From the NCBI GenBank assembly GCA_963676795.2, contig CAXXTB010000002.1, forward strand, positions 155,647 to 219,646: a stretch of 64,000 nucleotides of DNA, read 5' to 3'. Of the stretch, positions 18,802-28,466 are shown in pieces. Each line of letters begins with the position of its first letter. The first letter of the stretch is position 1. The stretch is from Geopsychrobacteraceae bacterium (lineage in GTDB: Bacteria; Desulfobacterota; Desulfuromonadia; Desulfuromonadales; Geopsychrobacteraceae). The notes beneath the pieces are model-generated. The model worked only from the letters and a program-made list of their open reading frames with translations. It ran no database searches and was not told the origin of the DNA. The translations under genes and the position numbers were made by a program.

Positions 18802-18874
18802 CCGATAGATGTGAATATTGAACGTGAAATCAACGTCAGGAGCAGGAAAAACTGATCAAATAAAGGAGTGATTT

Positions 18875-18976
18875 ATGAAAGGGCTCAAGCATTTTACTGG
18901 AACAGGCGCTGCATTGGGAATTCTTGTTGCTTCCACTCTGGTTCTTGTGGCTCTGGCCAGCTCCCTGGTCGCCTGA
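18875..18976 (+). CDS. small hydrophobic peptide, 33 aa (paralog 3 of 3)
   Basis: AAAGGAG RBS. MKGLKHFTGTGAALGILVASTLVLVALASSLVA*. Shares MKGxxHFxGTGxALG(L/I)L with paralogs 1 and 2. Confidence 0.55.
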   Translation: MKGLKHFTGTGAALGILVASTLVLVALASSLVA

Positions 18977-19008
18977 CTTAGACATAAAAAAAATACAAGA
19001 TCCAACAC

Positions 19009-19038
19009 AAGGCCCCGCTCAATTGCAGGGCCTTTTTA
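19009..19038. terminator. terminator hairpin between convergent genes
   Basis: AAGGCCC-12 nt-GGGCCTT followed by TTT. Confidence 0.55.
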
Positions 19039-19048
19039 CGTCCTTGCG

Positions 19049-19276
19049 TTAATCGAGTAATTCAATTTCGGTGGTGACAGAATAAAGGATGCGAAGTTTT
19101 CGCCCGGCGTGGTTTTTCAGCCATTGTCGGGAAACGGGCAGGTCTTCAATTTCAAAGGAATGTGTATCGTTCTCAGTTTTGATTTCGACGCCATCGCTGA
19201 GAATGTTGTCACTGATAATTTCCGAAAGTTGACCTTCATAAGTGCTGGTGAAATTTTGGTTCGCTACCTTTTCCAT
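19049..19276 (-). CDS. hypothetical small acidic protein (75 aa)
   Basis: RBS AGGAGA 6 nt upstream of the ATG. MEKVANQNFTSTYEGQLSEIISDNILSDGVEIKTENDTHSFEIEDLPVSRQWLKNHAGRKLRILYS... No family recognised. Confidence 0.5.
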   Translation of the reverse strand: MEKVANQNFTSTYEGQLSEIISDNILSDGVEIKTENDTHSFEIEDLPVSRQWLKNHAGRKLRILYSVTTEIELLD

Positions 19277-19709
19277 GGTATTCTCCTGTTTTCATTTATG
19301 TGTGCGTCGTTTTTTGCCTTTTGGTTTTGCTGTGTAGCTGACTATAAGAAAAATAGAAGCCGTGTTTCGTGTCATTTTGAGCCTGAAAAAGCGGAACAGA
19401 TTGATGAAAAGACTGCCATTGGTTAATCTGTCTAATGTCTCATTAAAATTAAACTAAGTCGCTATAGTTGCAAACAATTATTTTCAGTTCTTTGGTTGAT
19501 CACTGGGACATGACTCGTCGATGGCTGTTGATGACAATCCTGGTCGCAGGCTGACGGCAAGAGCCGGCAGGTCATAAAGTGGCTTGCTTCAAAACTTAAT
19601 ATTTGCTAGGAATTTTAAGCTAACTATCTGAAATAGAATTATTATTTATCATTTATGGGAGGCGGGAGCAGTTCAGATCCATGTCTCTTTGCGAACTGGG
19701 TGATATTCG

Positions 19710-21329
19710 ATGAAAGAAGGGCAGTTGTTCAACGGCAGGTCTCTGGTCGGTGATGTTTTTGGTGGGGTGACCGCGAGTGTTATCGCTCTGCCTCTGGCTC
19801 TGGCCTTTGGTGTAGCCAGTGGTGCCGGTGCTCAGGCCGGTCTTTACGGCGCTATTATCCTTGGTTTTGTCGCGGCGCTGCTTGGTGGAACCAGGGTCCA
19901 GATTTCAGGACCAACCGGGCCGATGACCATAGTCACCGCGTCGACACTGGTGCTGTTTCAGGGAGATATCAGCCTTTTGATGGCTGTTGTTCTGCTCACC
20001 GGGCTGTTTCAGGTCCTCCTCGGTCTGCTCAAGGTCGGCCGCTTCGTCAAATATGTCCCCTATCCGGTTATTTCCGGGTTCATGAGTGGCATCGGTGTGA
20101 TCATCATTCTGCTGCAGATCAACCCGCTGCTCGGCCTTGACGGCGTGAACTCTCCAATGCAGGCGGTCATCTCCTTTACCGATCTTGCTTCCGGCTTGGC
20201 TCCGGAAACGATCTGTCTCAGCCTGGTTGCCCTGGCGATTGTCTTTCTCACGCCTAAAAAAATCGCCAGAATGATTCCGACTCCGCTGCTGGCTCTGATC
20301 CTTGTGACCTTGCTCTCGCGCCTTGCCGGCTGGCAGGTTGAGACGATCGGTGATATCCCCTCTGGCTGGCCGGCACTGACGCTGCCGGTATTTTCCTTGG
20401 GGCAGCTATCGACCATTGTTGCCTCCGCTCTGAGCCTGGCTCTGCTCGGCTCGATCGACAGTCTGCTCACCTCGCTGGTCGCCGACTCGCTCACCAGGAC
20501 CGAGCATAATCCCAACCGTGAGCTGATCGGCCAGGGGGTTGGTAATGCGCTGGTTGCTTTCTTTGGCGGAATTCCTGGTGCCGGGGCAACGATGCGGACT
20601 GTCGTTAATGTCAAGTCGGGAGGTTCAACCCGCCTGTCGGGAATGCTCCATGCGCTGATTCTGGCGGCGATCCTGTTGGGGCTCGGACGCTATGCATCGG
20701 TAGTTCCCATGGCGGTTCTGGCCGCGATCCTGATCAAGGTCGGGATTGATATTGTCGATTACCGGTTTATCAAAATCGTCCGGCAGGCCCCCCGCCATGA
20801 TCTGGTTGTCATGATCACTGTTTTGCTGCTGACCGTTTTTGTCGATCTGATCATGGCCGTCGGGGTTGGGGTCATTCTGGCTTCAGTGCTGTTGACCATC
20901 AGGGTGACAAACCAGGTGCGTTCTACGGTCAATGACATTACAGTGCCTTCTCGCAGCCTTGCGGATGGGGGAAACGCTGTTGAAGAGGGCGGTTTTACTA
21001 TTCGGGTTGTCGATGTTGACGGGCCGTTTTTTTTCGGTTCGACGTCACAGCTGGTCGGTCAGGTCGGTCAGTTGCTCGGTACCAAGGCGGTTATCATCAA
21101 CTTTCAGAAGGTGCCCTTTATCGATCTTTCCGCCTATTTTGCGCTCTGCGAGATCATTCTCAAGCTAAAAGGCAAGGGGACCTTGCCGTTTCTGGTAGCC
21201 AAGCCTGAAGTGAAAGCCAAGCTAATGGCACTCGGAATTGGCGATGTTCTGCGGGAACCCCATATCTACTGTAATTTCGACCAGGCTGTCGAGCATGCAA
21301 AAGATCATGTGTTTTTAAATCGGCCCTGA
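19710..21329 (+). CDS. SulP-family anion transporter with C-terminal STAS domain
   Basis: DVFGGVTASVIALPLALAFGVASGAGAQAGLYGAIILGFVAALLGGTRVQISGPTGPM. STAS-like tail with VVDVDGPFFFGS. Confidence 0.9.
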   Translation: MKEGQLFNGRSLVGDVFGGVTASVIALPLALAFGVASGAGAQAGLYGAIILGFVAALLGGTRVQISGPTGPMTIVTASTLVLFQGDISLLMAVVLLTGLFQVLLGLLKVGRFVKYVPYPVISGFMSGIGVIIILLQINPLLGLDGVNSPMQAVISFTDLASGLAPETICLSLVALAIVFLTPKKIARMIPTPLLALILVTLLSRLAGWQVETIGDIPSGWPALTLPVFSLGQLSTIVASALSLALLGSIDSLLTSLVADSLTRTEHNPNRELIGQGVGNALVAFFGGIPGAGATMRTVVNVKSGGSTRLSGMLHALILAAILLGLGRYASVVPMAVLAAILIKVGIDIVDYRFIKIVRQAPRHDLVVMITVLLLTVFVDLIMAVGVGVILASVLLTIRVTNQVRSTVNDITVPSRSLADGGNAVEEGGFTIRVVDVDGPFFFGSTSQLVGQVGQLLGTKAVIINFQKVPFIDLSAYFALCEIILKLKGKGTLPFLVAKPEVKAKLMALGIGDVLREPHIYCNFDQAVEHAKDHVFLNRP

Positions 21330-21357
21330 TCGTGTGTTAACTGCTCAGAGCCGCTAA

Positions 21358-22767
21358 TCAGAGCTCCATGCGTCGCCGCTGAACCACGGCAAAACGGACG
21401 ATAATCTGTTCCGCGTCGTAATTACAGCTCAGGCCGAGAAGATCATAGATGCCGCCGTAGCGTACATCACCGCCTGCCAGGGCTCTTCGACTGGAATCTG
21501 ACATGAGCATGTAGCCATCGAAGTGCGTCCAGATCTGCTGTTTTCCCCAACCTTTGTCCTGACCGATACGCAGGTGCAAGTCTGGGGGGATGCACACGAG
21601 TTTGAACTGGCCTGGTTCAAGATCAAGCTCCTGTTCAAGAATGTCATTACCCCTTTGCAAAAGCGCAGACTCTATCTGGTAACGGGTCAGGCAGTTTCTA
21701 CGTTTCAGCCCCAGTGCTTCAATCAACTCGCTGGACGGAGCATCGGTCCCTGATTTTGGTTCCGGAAAATCTTCAACAAGAACATCTTCCTCGAGCATAT
21801 TGGGCAGATAGCGCACACCTCCTGAATTAATGAATGGGTGAATTGCGAACAGTTGCAGGCGGTTTTTCAGTGCCTGGGGGACTCCTTCCGGAAGCGGAAT
21901 ATCTGGAACCTGAAGAACGCTGTGTTGACTGTTGTGGGAGTCTGAATAGGTTGGATGCCAGGCAAACCGGGCAAATGGAGCAAATTCGGTGTGGCGTGAC
22001 GGAGCATGAAAGAGGTTGAGGCCCAGCTGTGCCGCGGCTTTGAGAGTTTTTTTCGGGTATTGGTAGCGGTAGTCTGCAGGAGTGTTCAATCTTGAATTGA
22101 ACATTTCCGTTGGTGTCGTTGTTTTCCCATTTATGGAGGCTTGCAGAATCTTCTCCGCCAGTTTTTCCAGCTGTGTGATGTTGTTCTGTTCCAGTGCGTC
22201 CAGAGCTTCTTCTTCGAGCACCTCTTTGGGTGTCTCAGAGGATTGGGCTAACGTATTTTCGTAGATCGGCAACTTTTTTAAGGTTTCATTTCGCTGGTGG
22301 TACAGTACCTGCCATTGTGTATCGGTCTTGGCTAGTCTCTCAAGGATACCGATCAATCTTTTCTTCAGAGGTTCCAGTTCTTCGAGCGTAACACCGGAAA
22401 GCCTGTACATCCCGGGTGAAAAAGGATTGACAGGAATCTCCTGAGTCTCGTAGAGGTGACCGGCGAGTTCCATTTCCTCGGCTTTTTCTTTCAACTCCAG
22501 CTGTAGGACTGTATGTCGTGCACTGAGTTCACGGACCTGGCTCCAGTCGTTGTGCATCATTGCGTTACGAATCCTGATGGGCAGGCTTTCCAGCTGTGTC
22601 TGGTTCTGGCGCAGGAGATGATAACGTGACTTCGGTAGTACCTTCTCCATAAAGATACAGGCGCGTTGGCGGTAAAGATCGTGATAAAGAGTGTCGCTGC
22701 GACTCAGTTCGGTCAGATCGCGGATGTTGGAATGAATCTGGCTTTGTTTTTTATCGAAAACATGCAT
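21358..22767 (-). CDS. hypothetical protein (469 aa), no family recognised
   Basis: Long uninterrupted ORF with a coding-like composition that looks AT-richer than the flagellar genes. No motif I can name. Confidence 0.55.
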   Translation of the reverse strand: MHVFDKKQSQIHSNIRDLTELSRSDTLYHDLYRQRACIFMEKVLPKSRYHLLRQNQTQLESLPIRIRNAMMHNDWSQVRELSARHTVLQLELKEKAEEMELAGHLYETQEIPVNPFSPGMYRLSGVTLEELEPLKKRLIGILERLAKTDTQWQVLYHQRNETLKKLPIYENTLAQSSETPKEVLEEEALDALEQNNITQLEKLAEKILQASINGKTTTPTEMFNSRLNTPADYRYQYPKKTLKAAAQLGLNLFHAPSRHTEFAPFARFAWHPTYSDSHNSQHSVLQVPDIPLPEGVPQALKNRLQLFAIHPFINSGGVRYLPNMLEEDVLVEDFPEPKSGTDAPSSELIEALGLKRRNCLTRYQIESALLQRGNDILEQELDLEPGQFKLVCIPPDLHLRIGQDKGWGKQQIWTHFDGYMLMSDSSRRALAGGDVRYGGIYDLLGLSCNYDAEQIIVRFAVVQRRRMEL

Positions 22768-22896
22768 GGTGGGGCTCCCTGTCTGATAGATATCGTCGCA
22801 GGAGAAATCGAATTTTTGTCACTTGACCGGCAATAAACCCTTTTCAGAGCGATAACTAAACGGTAGCGCAGTCTTGATAAATCACAAGAGGTAAGC

Positions 22897-23259
22897 TTAG
22901 CCTCTTTTTTTACAGAGCAGGGCTATGATGTTGGTTTCTGAGTGACGGCCAAGTATTTCAAGAGCTTCCACTGCTGTTTCGGCATTTTCCTTCGGGCTGC
23001 CGGTCAGGTAGGCAAAGAGGAAGGAGGCGAGGTCGGCGCGTGCAGCTGACTGTTTTTCTTCGGGGCTCCGCTTTTTCCCCGCCGCCAGCCAGAGTTCGGC
23101 CGATCGCTCCTGATGGTGACTGATGGCGCGACTGGTCAGGTCAAGACGTTTCTGCAGGGAAACGTTTTCTTCGAAAAAGAATGCGGATTGAAGATCTTCC
23201 GGAAAATCTTGCTGGATCAGCTCTGCCAGCCTGAGAAGTCTGTTCTTCACTTGGATCAT
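22897..23259 (-). CDS. hypothetical helical protein (120 aa), last gene of the GIY-YIG/YheU operon
   Basis: The start overlaps the yheU-like stop (ATGA). No family recognised. Confidence 0.5.
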   Translation of the reverse strand: MIQVKNRLLRLAELIQQDFPEDLQSAFFFEENVSLQKRLDLTSRAISHHQERSAELWLAAGKKRSPEEKQSAARADLASFLFAYLTGSPKENAETAVEALEILGRHSETNIIALLCKKRG

Positions 23260-23498
23260 ACCTTGTCAACGGGAATCAGGTTTGTCGATTCGCTCTTTAA
23301 ATCATGAACAATACGGATCTTTTTCTCTTTAAGCTGAGCCCTCAGCTGCGCGATCTTATCGTCCAGGCTGCAGCCTGCCTGGTCCCAGTCCATGCCGTCA
23401 CGGGTGACAAATTCTTCCAGCAGCGCCCGCAAGATTTCGGGGTCAAGCTGTTGGAATGGAATTTCAACCAGCTCTTCTGTCATGGTCTTTCCTGCCAT
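23256..23498 (-). CDS. YheU-family (UPF0270) protein
   Basis: VEIPFQQLDPEILRALLEEFVTRDGMDWDQAGCSLDDKIAQLRAQLKEKKIRIVHD is collinear with E. coli YheU ([44 protein letters not shown]). Confidence 0.75.
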   Translation of the reverse strand: MAGKTMTEELVEIPFQQLDPEILRALLEEFVTRDGMDWDQAGCSLDDKIAQLRAQLKEKKIRIVHDLKSESTNLIPVDKV

Positions 23499-23752
23499 TC
23501 GATCAGTTTTCTTTTCTCACGGGCAGATAACCTTTTCAGTTCCGCCTCTCGGCAGCTGGCTGAACTGCGGCTGTGATTGGATTCCAGAAATACGACGCGC
23601 AAGGGTTTGCGACCGCGAAAATATTTAGCCCCCTGGCCGGACTCATGCTGAACAAAACGTCTTTGCATGTCGGTCGTAATCCCGGTGTAGAGCGAATCAT
23701 CGCTGCACAGAATCATGTACACCTGCCATGTCTTGTTTATCGGGGTATCCAT
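23480..23752 (-). CDS. GIY-YIG nuclease-family protein (YhbQ/UPF0213-like)
   Basis: WQVYMILCSDDSLYTGITTDMQRRFVQHESGQGAKYFRGRKPLRVV...EAELKRLSAREK: GIY..YTG, R, H and E core residues. Confidence 0.85.
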   Translation of the reverse strand: MDTPINKTWQVYMILCSDDSLYTGITTDMQRRFVQHESGQGAKYFRGRKPLRVVFLESNHSRSSASCREAELKRLSAREKRKLIEWQERP

Positions 23753-23944
23753 AAGCAGAGCTTTTATAGCAGTTTTTATTCCTTCAAGAATAGTAGGATC
23801 TCTTTTTTTCAGAGTCGTTCTTTTCTTTTTTCTTCCAAATTTTTTTCACTTTTTTTGTGTAGCTTTATTCCCGTAGCTAATGTCCGTCCCGAATGTCCGG
23901 ATGGCACGAAGCAAGTTTCTTCCATATCAGATACGGAGTAAGTC

Positions 23945-24502
23945 ATGAAAAGAATGATCCTGACAGTCGTGTTTTTAACGCTGATGAGCTGCACACTATA
24001 TGCAGCACCTGGGGCAGGGATGATAGCGGGCCCTGAAGGTTCTGGGCAAATGCCGTCACCTGCATTCCGGGCCGAAAAAGATCAGCCGCCGTGCGGTCCG
24101 AAAATGGCTGCTGCGCCCCTGCAGCTGAGTGAAGAACAGCTGCAGAAGTTTTGGGATATGACCGATAAAGAGCGCAAGCAACTCAGGGAACTGAACTATA
24201 AATCTGAGAATATTATGGACGATATCCATAAAATGGAACGCAGCGCCAAGATCGATTTTGATGTCTATGAAAAGCTGGTCAAGCAGCTGATGTCGCTTGA
24301 AGCTGACAAGCTGGTTGTCAGGGCTAGAACCCATGCGGCTATCCGGACGATTCTCAGCGAGGAACAGCTTAAGTCTTTCCCTCCTTTTATTGGGATGCCG
24401 GAAGCCCTCGTTATGACGGGGCCTGATCACGGGCCACGGGGACCACAGGGACGCCCTGGTTCGCCCTGTGACATGGAGCCTAAGCCACATCTTCAAAACT
24501 GA
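23945..24502 (+). CDS. periplasmic Spy/CpxP/ZraP-family (LTxxQ) protein
   Basis: Signal peptide MKRMILTVVFLTLMSCTLYA and two LSEEQL(Q/K)xF repeats. Confidence 0.6.
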   Translation: MKRMILTVVFLTLMSCTLYAAPGAGMIAGPEGSGQMPSPAFRAEKDQPPCGPKMAAAPLQLSEEQLQKFWDMTDKERKQLRELNYKSENIMDDIHKMERSAKIDFDVYEKLVKQLMSLEADKLVVRARTHAAIRTILSEEQLKSFPPFIGMPEALVMTGPDHGPRGPQGRPGSPCDMEPKPHLQN

Positions 24503-24547
24503 ACCTGCTGTCCTGAATCAGGCAGCAGGTGTGATATGAACAGACAA

Positions 24548-24580
24548 GGGGGGAGCCGTCAAGCTCCCCCCCTGTGTTTG
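24548..24580. terminator. terminator hairpin between convergent genes
   Basis: GGGGGGAGC-cgtcaa-GCTCCCCCC followed by TGTGTTTG. Confidence 0.5.
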
Positions 24581-24603
24581 TGACTTATGAGCTGCAGGGT
24601 TTT

Positions 24604-26850
24604 TTATTTACCCCACTCTCCCGGTGGCAATGCGGCCTGTTTCGACTGTCTTGGTGGTGCTGTCGCGACATTTACACTGCCGGTTTTGGCCAGGGTGAAA
24701 CGGCGGAGCATCTCCTGCATCTGGGCTGCCTGGCCGGTCAGCTCTTCAGCTGCAGCGGCGCTTTCTTCGGCACTGGCAGTGTTCTTCTGGGCGACCTGGT
24801 CGATCAGTCCCAAACCGTTGGTGACTTCACTGATGCCCTGAGACTGATCGCTCGATGCAGCAGCGATTTCCTGGAGCAGATCGGCGACCTTGGTCGTGCT
24901 GCTCATGATTTCATCCAGAGCCTTGGCCGTCTGTTCGGCCATCTTGACCCCCTGGTCGGTCAGTTCGACCGAGCCTTCAATCAGGGTCGCGGTTTCTTCA
25001 GCGGCCTTGGCGCTGCGGGCTGCCAGGTTACGGACCTCTTCGGCGACAACGGCGAAGCCTTTACCGTGCTGACCGGCGCGGGCGGCTTCGACTGCGGCGT
25101 TGAGGGCCAGCAGGTTGGTCTGGAAGGCGATTTCATCGATAACCTTGATGATCTTGCTGATGTTCTGACCGGCGTCGCTGATCTTGTCCATGGCGCCGAC
25201 CATATCCTTCATTCGTAGGTTGCCCGTTTCGGCTGCGCTTTTCGATTCACCGGAAAGCTGGCTGGCCGTTCTGGCGTTTTCGGCGTTGGTCTTGACCTGA
25301 TCGGCCATCTGATTCATCGAGGCGGACACTTCTTCCAGCGAACTGGCCGTTTCTGTCGCCCCCTGGGATAGATCCTGGCTGGCACTGGAGATCTCCTGGG
25401 CTCCGGACGCGATCTGCTCTCCGGCGACCTGGATATTGCCGACGATTTCACGCAGGTTGGTCAGCATGGTGCGCAGGGCATTACCGAGCTGATCACGTTC
25501 GGAGGCGACACTGACATCGCGGGTCAGATCGCCATGCGCAATGGCATCGGCAACCTGCGCCGTGGCATCGAGGCCATCGGCCATTTTGTCAAGCGCCCGG
25601 GCCAGCACGCCGACCTCGTCGTGGGTGTTCATGTTAAGGCGCTTGCTGAAATCCCCCAGGCTGATGGTGTCGGCCAGGTCTGCCGCAGCCTTGACCGGAC
25701 GGGCGATGCTGCGCGCCATGATGAACAGGATGATCAGGGCAACGATGATGACGATGACGCCGACAACGATCTGCCAGGTCGCATTGCTGTTCCCCTGCGC
25801 CGTCAGCTCATCTCTCAGCTTGTAGGCGTCGGCCAGGATGACATCCTCATTGACGCGGACCATGACCGACCAGTATTTACCGCTGTTGCCTAGGCGAATT
25901 GGCGCCATGGCCCGGAAATCACCGGTTTTCTCGTCCTTGATAACTGTATGTGCACCTTTGCTGATGTTGCCGAGAATTTCGTCCCAGCCTTCTTTAATGC
26001 GCGAGCTGTAGCTTGTGCCGATCGTATCGGGATGTTCGCTGTGAGCGATAACCAGTCCCATATCGCTGAGGATGATGACAGCACCCTGGCCATCCAGCAG
26101 CCCCTTGTCGGCCTCTTCACTCAGTTTCTGAACAAAGGAAAGGTCATAATCGGCCCCGGCTACGCCGTAGAATTTATTATCGACCAGAATCGGCACCGAC
26201 ATGGTGGCCAAAAAGACCTGTTTGCCCTGAACGATATAGGGGAGCGGCCCGAGGACGCTTTCTTTGCCGGTGTCGTGCGGAGCTATATACCAGCCGCCCT
26301 TGAGTACGCCGTTAGGGTGACGATCCATGGTGTCGTATTCAACCAGCGGCTGAACGGCGATGTTGCCTCTGCTGTCGCGCGTCCAGTAAGGGGTGAAGCG
26401 GCCGGTGACTTTGTTGTTACCGTCTCTGTCGACCATGAATTCCGCGTCTCTGCCGTCGATGGCGTCCGGTTCCCAGCAGGAATAGGTACCGTTAAATGCC
26501 GGGTTGCCCTTGAGGACGTTAAGGAGAATGCCGTTGACCGCATCGCGGTCGATCAGCACATCGGTCTTGCCGTTGTTGTTGATTTTGCCGACCTCAAAGG
26601 TGTCGGCCATGGTCCGCGCCGCATCCAGGGCCAGGTTGACATCGGCCTGGATCATGCCGGCCTGATCGCCGGACAGGTTCAGCAGGGAGTCTTTAGATAC
26701 TGATTCCAGCTGGGACGAGACGTTGGCGATGGTCATATCCTGGGTGGCGCTTGCCGAGTAGAGCCCGTAGATGACCAGGATCGCCGCGGTGATGAACAGG
26801 CAGAGCCCTGCCAGCAGGGTGATTTTCAGTTGAATGGATTTAATCTTCAT
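24604..26850 (-). CDS. methyl-accepting chemotaxis protein with periplasmic double-Cache-like sensor and HAMP
   Basis: ATG at 26850 preceded by [35 protein letters not shown] is TM1, followed by an about 330-aa periplasmic domain, TM2, HAMP and the conserved signalling hairpin. Confidence 0.9.
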   Translation of the reverse strand: MKIKSIQLKITLLAGLCLFITAAILVIYGLYSASATQDMTIANVSSQLESVSKDSLLNLSGDQAGMIQADVNLALDAARTMADTFEVGKINNNGKTDVLIDRDAVNGILLNVLKGNPAFNGTYSCWEPDAIDGRDAEFMVDRDGNNKVTGRFTPYWTRDSRGNIAVQPLVEYDTMDRHPNGVLKGGWYIAPHDTGKESVLGPLPYIVQGKQVFLATMSVPILVDNKFYGVAGADYDLSFVQKLSEEADKGLLDGQGAVIILSDMGLVIAHSEHPDTIGTSYSSRIKEGWDEILGNISKGAHTVIKDEKTGDFRAMAPIRLGNSGKYWSVMVRVNEDVILADAYKLRDELTAQGNSNATWQIVVGVIVIIVALIILFIMARSIARPVKAAADLADTISLGDFSKRLNMNTHDEVGVLARALDKMADGLDATAQVADAIAHGDLTRDVSVASERDQLGNALRTMLTNLREIVGNIQVAGEQIASGAQEISSASQDLSQGATETASSLEEVSASMNQMADQVKTNAENARTASQLSGESKSAAETGNLRMKDMVGAMDKISDAGQNISKIIKVIDEIAFQTNLLALNAAVEAARAGQHGKGFAVVAEEVRNLAARSAKAAEETATLIEGSVELTDQGVKMAEQTAKALDEIMSSTTKVADLLQEIAAASSDQSQGISEVTNGLGLIDQVAQKNTASAEESAAAAEELTGQAAQMQEMLRRFTLAKTGSVNVATAPPRQSKQAALPPGEWGK

Positions 26851-27084
26851 GACTCTTCCTTTCATCATTGAAAGTGACTGTTGAGGCATAATATTAAAAC
26901 ATTCACATTTTTCGATCTTATTCTTTGTGAGGTCGGCACACAATAGTTTTTTTGAATTTTAGCCGTTTTTCAGGAAGTTTTCGTTTTTTTCTGCACAATG
27001 AGGAATTTTTCCCCCAGCTTTGCCGGGAGGGGGCTAGAGCATTTAATCTGAGAGGAGTTCAAGCATAATCAGGGTTTTGTCTTG

Positions 27085-28269
27085 TTATGCTGTTTGAGCT
27101 GCCCTTCGTTCACCGGCGTTTTTAGCCATGCCCCAGAACAGGGCGATTCCCCCCATAAAGATAAAAAGCAGCGCCGCGACAATAAAGGCATAGCGGTTCA
27201 TGTCGGAGCCGATCATCTGGGCCAGCGCAGAGATGACATAGGGATTGATAAAGGACCCCAGGTTCTGGCCCATGATCACGATCGACATGGCCAGAGGAAC
27301 AGCTGCGGGGCTGACCGACAGGGAGGTCCCCATCATGATGCTGGCGAAGACGATGGTGACCGTTCCGCCATAGAGAAAGCTGCCGCAATAGAGGATGGGC
27401 AGATTGGGTGACAAGGCGATGATGAGAAAGGAGACTGTGCCCAGAAACAGGCCGACGCTCAACGAGAGATGACCCACCAGCCGGACCAGTTTGCCGTAGA
27501 GAAATCCGGTAACGACACCACCGATGGCAAAGACCATTGTTGCCTGGCCGGCCTGGGCGGCGCTGCCGAGTTGGTGATCAGTCACGAAGAAGGCCAGAAA
27601 GTTTGCCAGGGTCATGGCGCCGATGAAAAAGATCAGGGTGGTGACTGTCCAGCCCAGAGCTGCGGGAGTGAGTTTCGGCTTGTTCGCGCCTGCTGTGTGA
27701 CATGATACGCGAACGGGTGGTTTCTTGGGTAAGAAAAGCGCAACACAGATCAGGGAGATCAGGGCCACAGCGTGGACGTAGAAGGTGATATTCCAGTCGA
27801 TAACAGCCAGATAGCCGCTGGTAAAGAACATGAAGGCGCAACCGAGCATCTGTGCCGAAGAGAGCTGGCCCATGACCCTGGTCCGCTCATCTCCAGCAAA
27901 ATATTCGGCAACAAGGGCCGAAGAGAGGACCTGGGTTATAGCCACGCCGACACCGAGGACGGCTCTGCAGGCGAGGATCAGCTTAAACGAATCGAGAAAG
28001 GCAGGCGCCATGCCGCCAAGCAAAAAGCAGACGATGCCGAACAGGACCAGGTTTTTCTTGGCTACGAATTCGTCAAGCTTGCCGATCAGCGGATTGACGA
28101 AGATGATGACGATGCAGGGCAGGGTGATCAGCAACTGGATGGAGGTCTGACTGACGTCGCTGAAGTGTTTGGCGATTTCAGCAAGACCGCTGGCTATTCC
28201 GACAACTCCCATCAGGAGGATGCCGATACTGAGAATGGCGATACGGACACTGCTATCTGTCTGGTTCAT
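27085..28269 (-). CDS. MFS transporter
   Basis: 394 aa, about 12 TM helices, typical MFS loop motifs. Confidence 0.8.
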   Translation of the reverse strand: MNQTDSSVRIAILSIGILLMGVVGIASGLAEIAKHFSDVSQTSIQLLITLPCIVIIFVNPLIGKLDEFVAKKNLVLFGIVCFLLGGMAPAFLDSFKLILACRAVLGVGVAITQVLSSALVAEYFAGDERTRVMGQLSSAQMLGCAFMFFTSGYLAVIDWNITFYVHAVALISLICVALFLPKKPPVRVSCHTAGANKPKLTPAALGWTVTTLIFFIGAMTLANFLAFFVTDHQLGSAAQAGQATMVFAIGGVVTGFLYGKLVRLVGHLSLSVGLFLGTVSFLIIALSPNLPILYCGSFLYGGTVTIVFASIMMGTSLSVSPAAVPLAMSIVIMGQNLGSFINPYVISALAQMIGSDMNRYAFIVAALLFIFMGGIALFWGMAKNAGERRAAQTA

Positions 28270-28466
28270 GAGTTTACCGAATAAAAGTCGAGGTATAAAT
28301 AATGGCTAGTCATATAGACGACTATAATACATGGAGCGGCGGAAATTTCGACAGTTAATTTATTCAACCGAAAAAAAAGAATTGATCGGCAGATTTTCTG
28401 CCAGTTGCAGCCCATGTTCAGGACAGTTATTTGATAGCGGGAATGATGGCTGTATGACCAGCTGGC

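Noticed and set aside
23870-23900. TGGCAC at about 23887 upstream of the Spy/CpxP-like gene looked like a sigma54 -24 box.
   Set aside because: The -12 position reads AAGT rather than TTGC, so no GC lies at the required 10-nt spacing.
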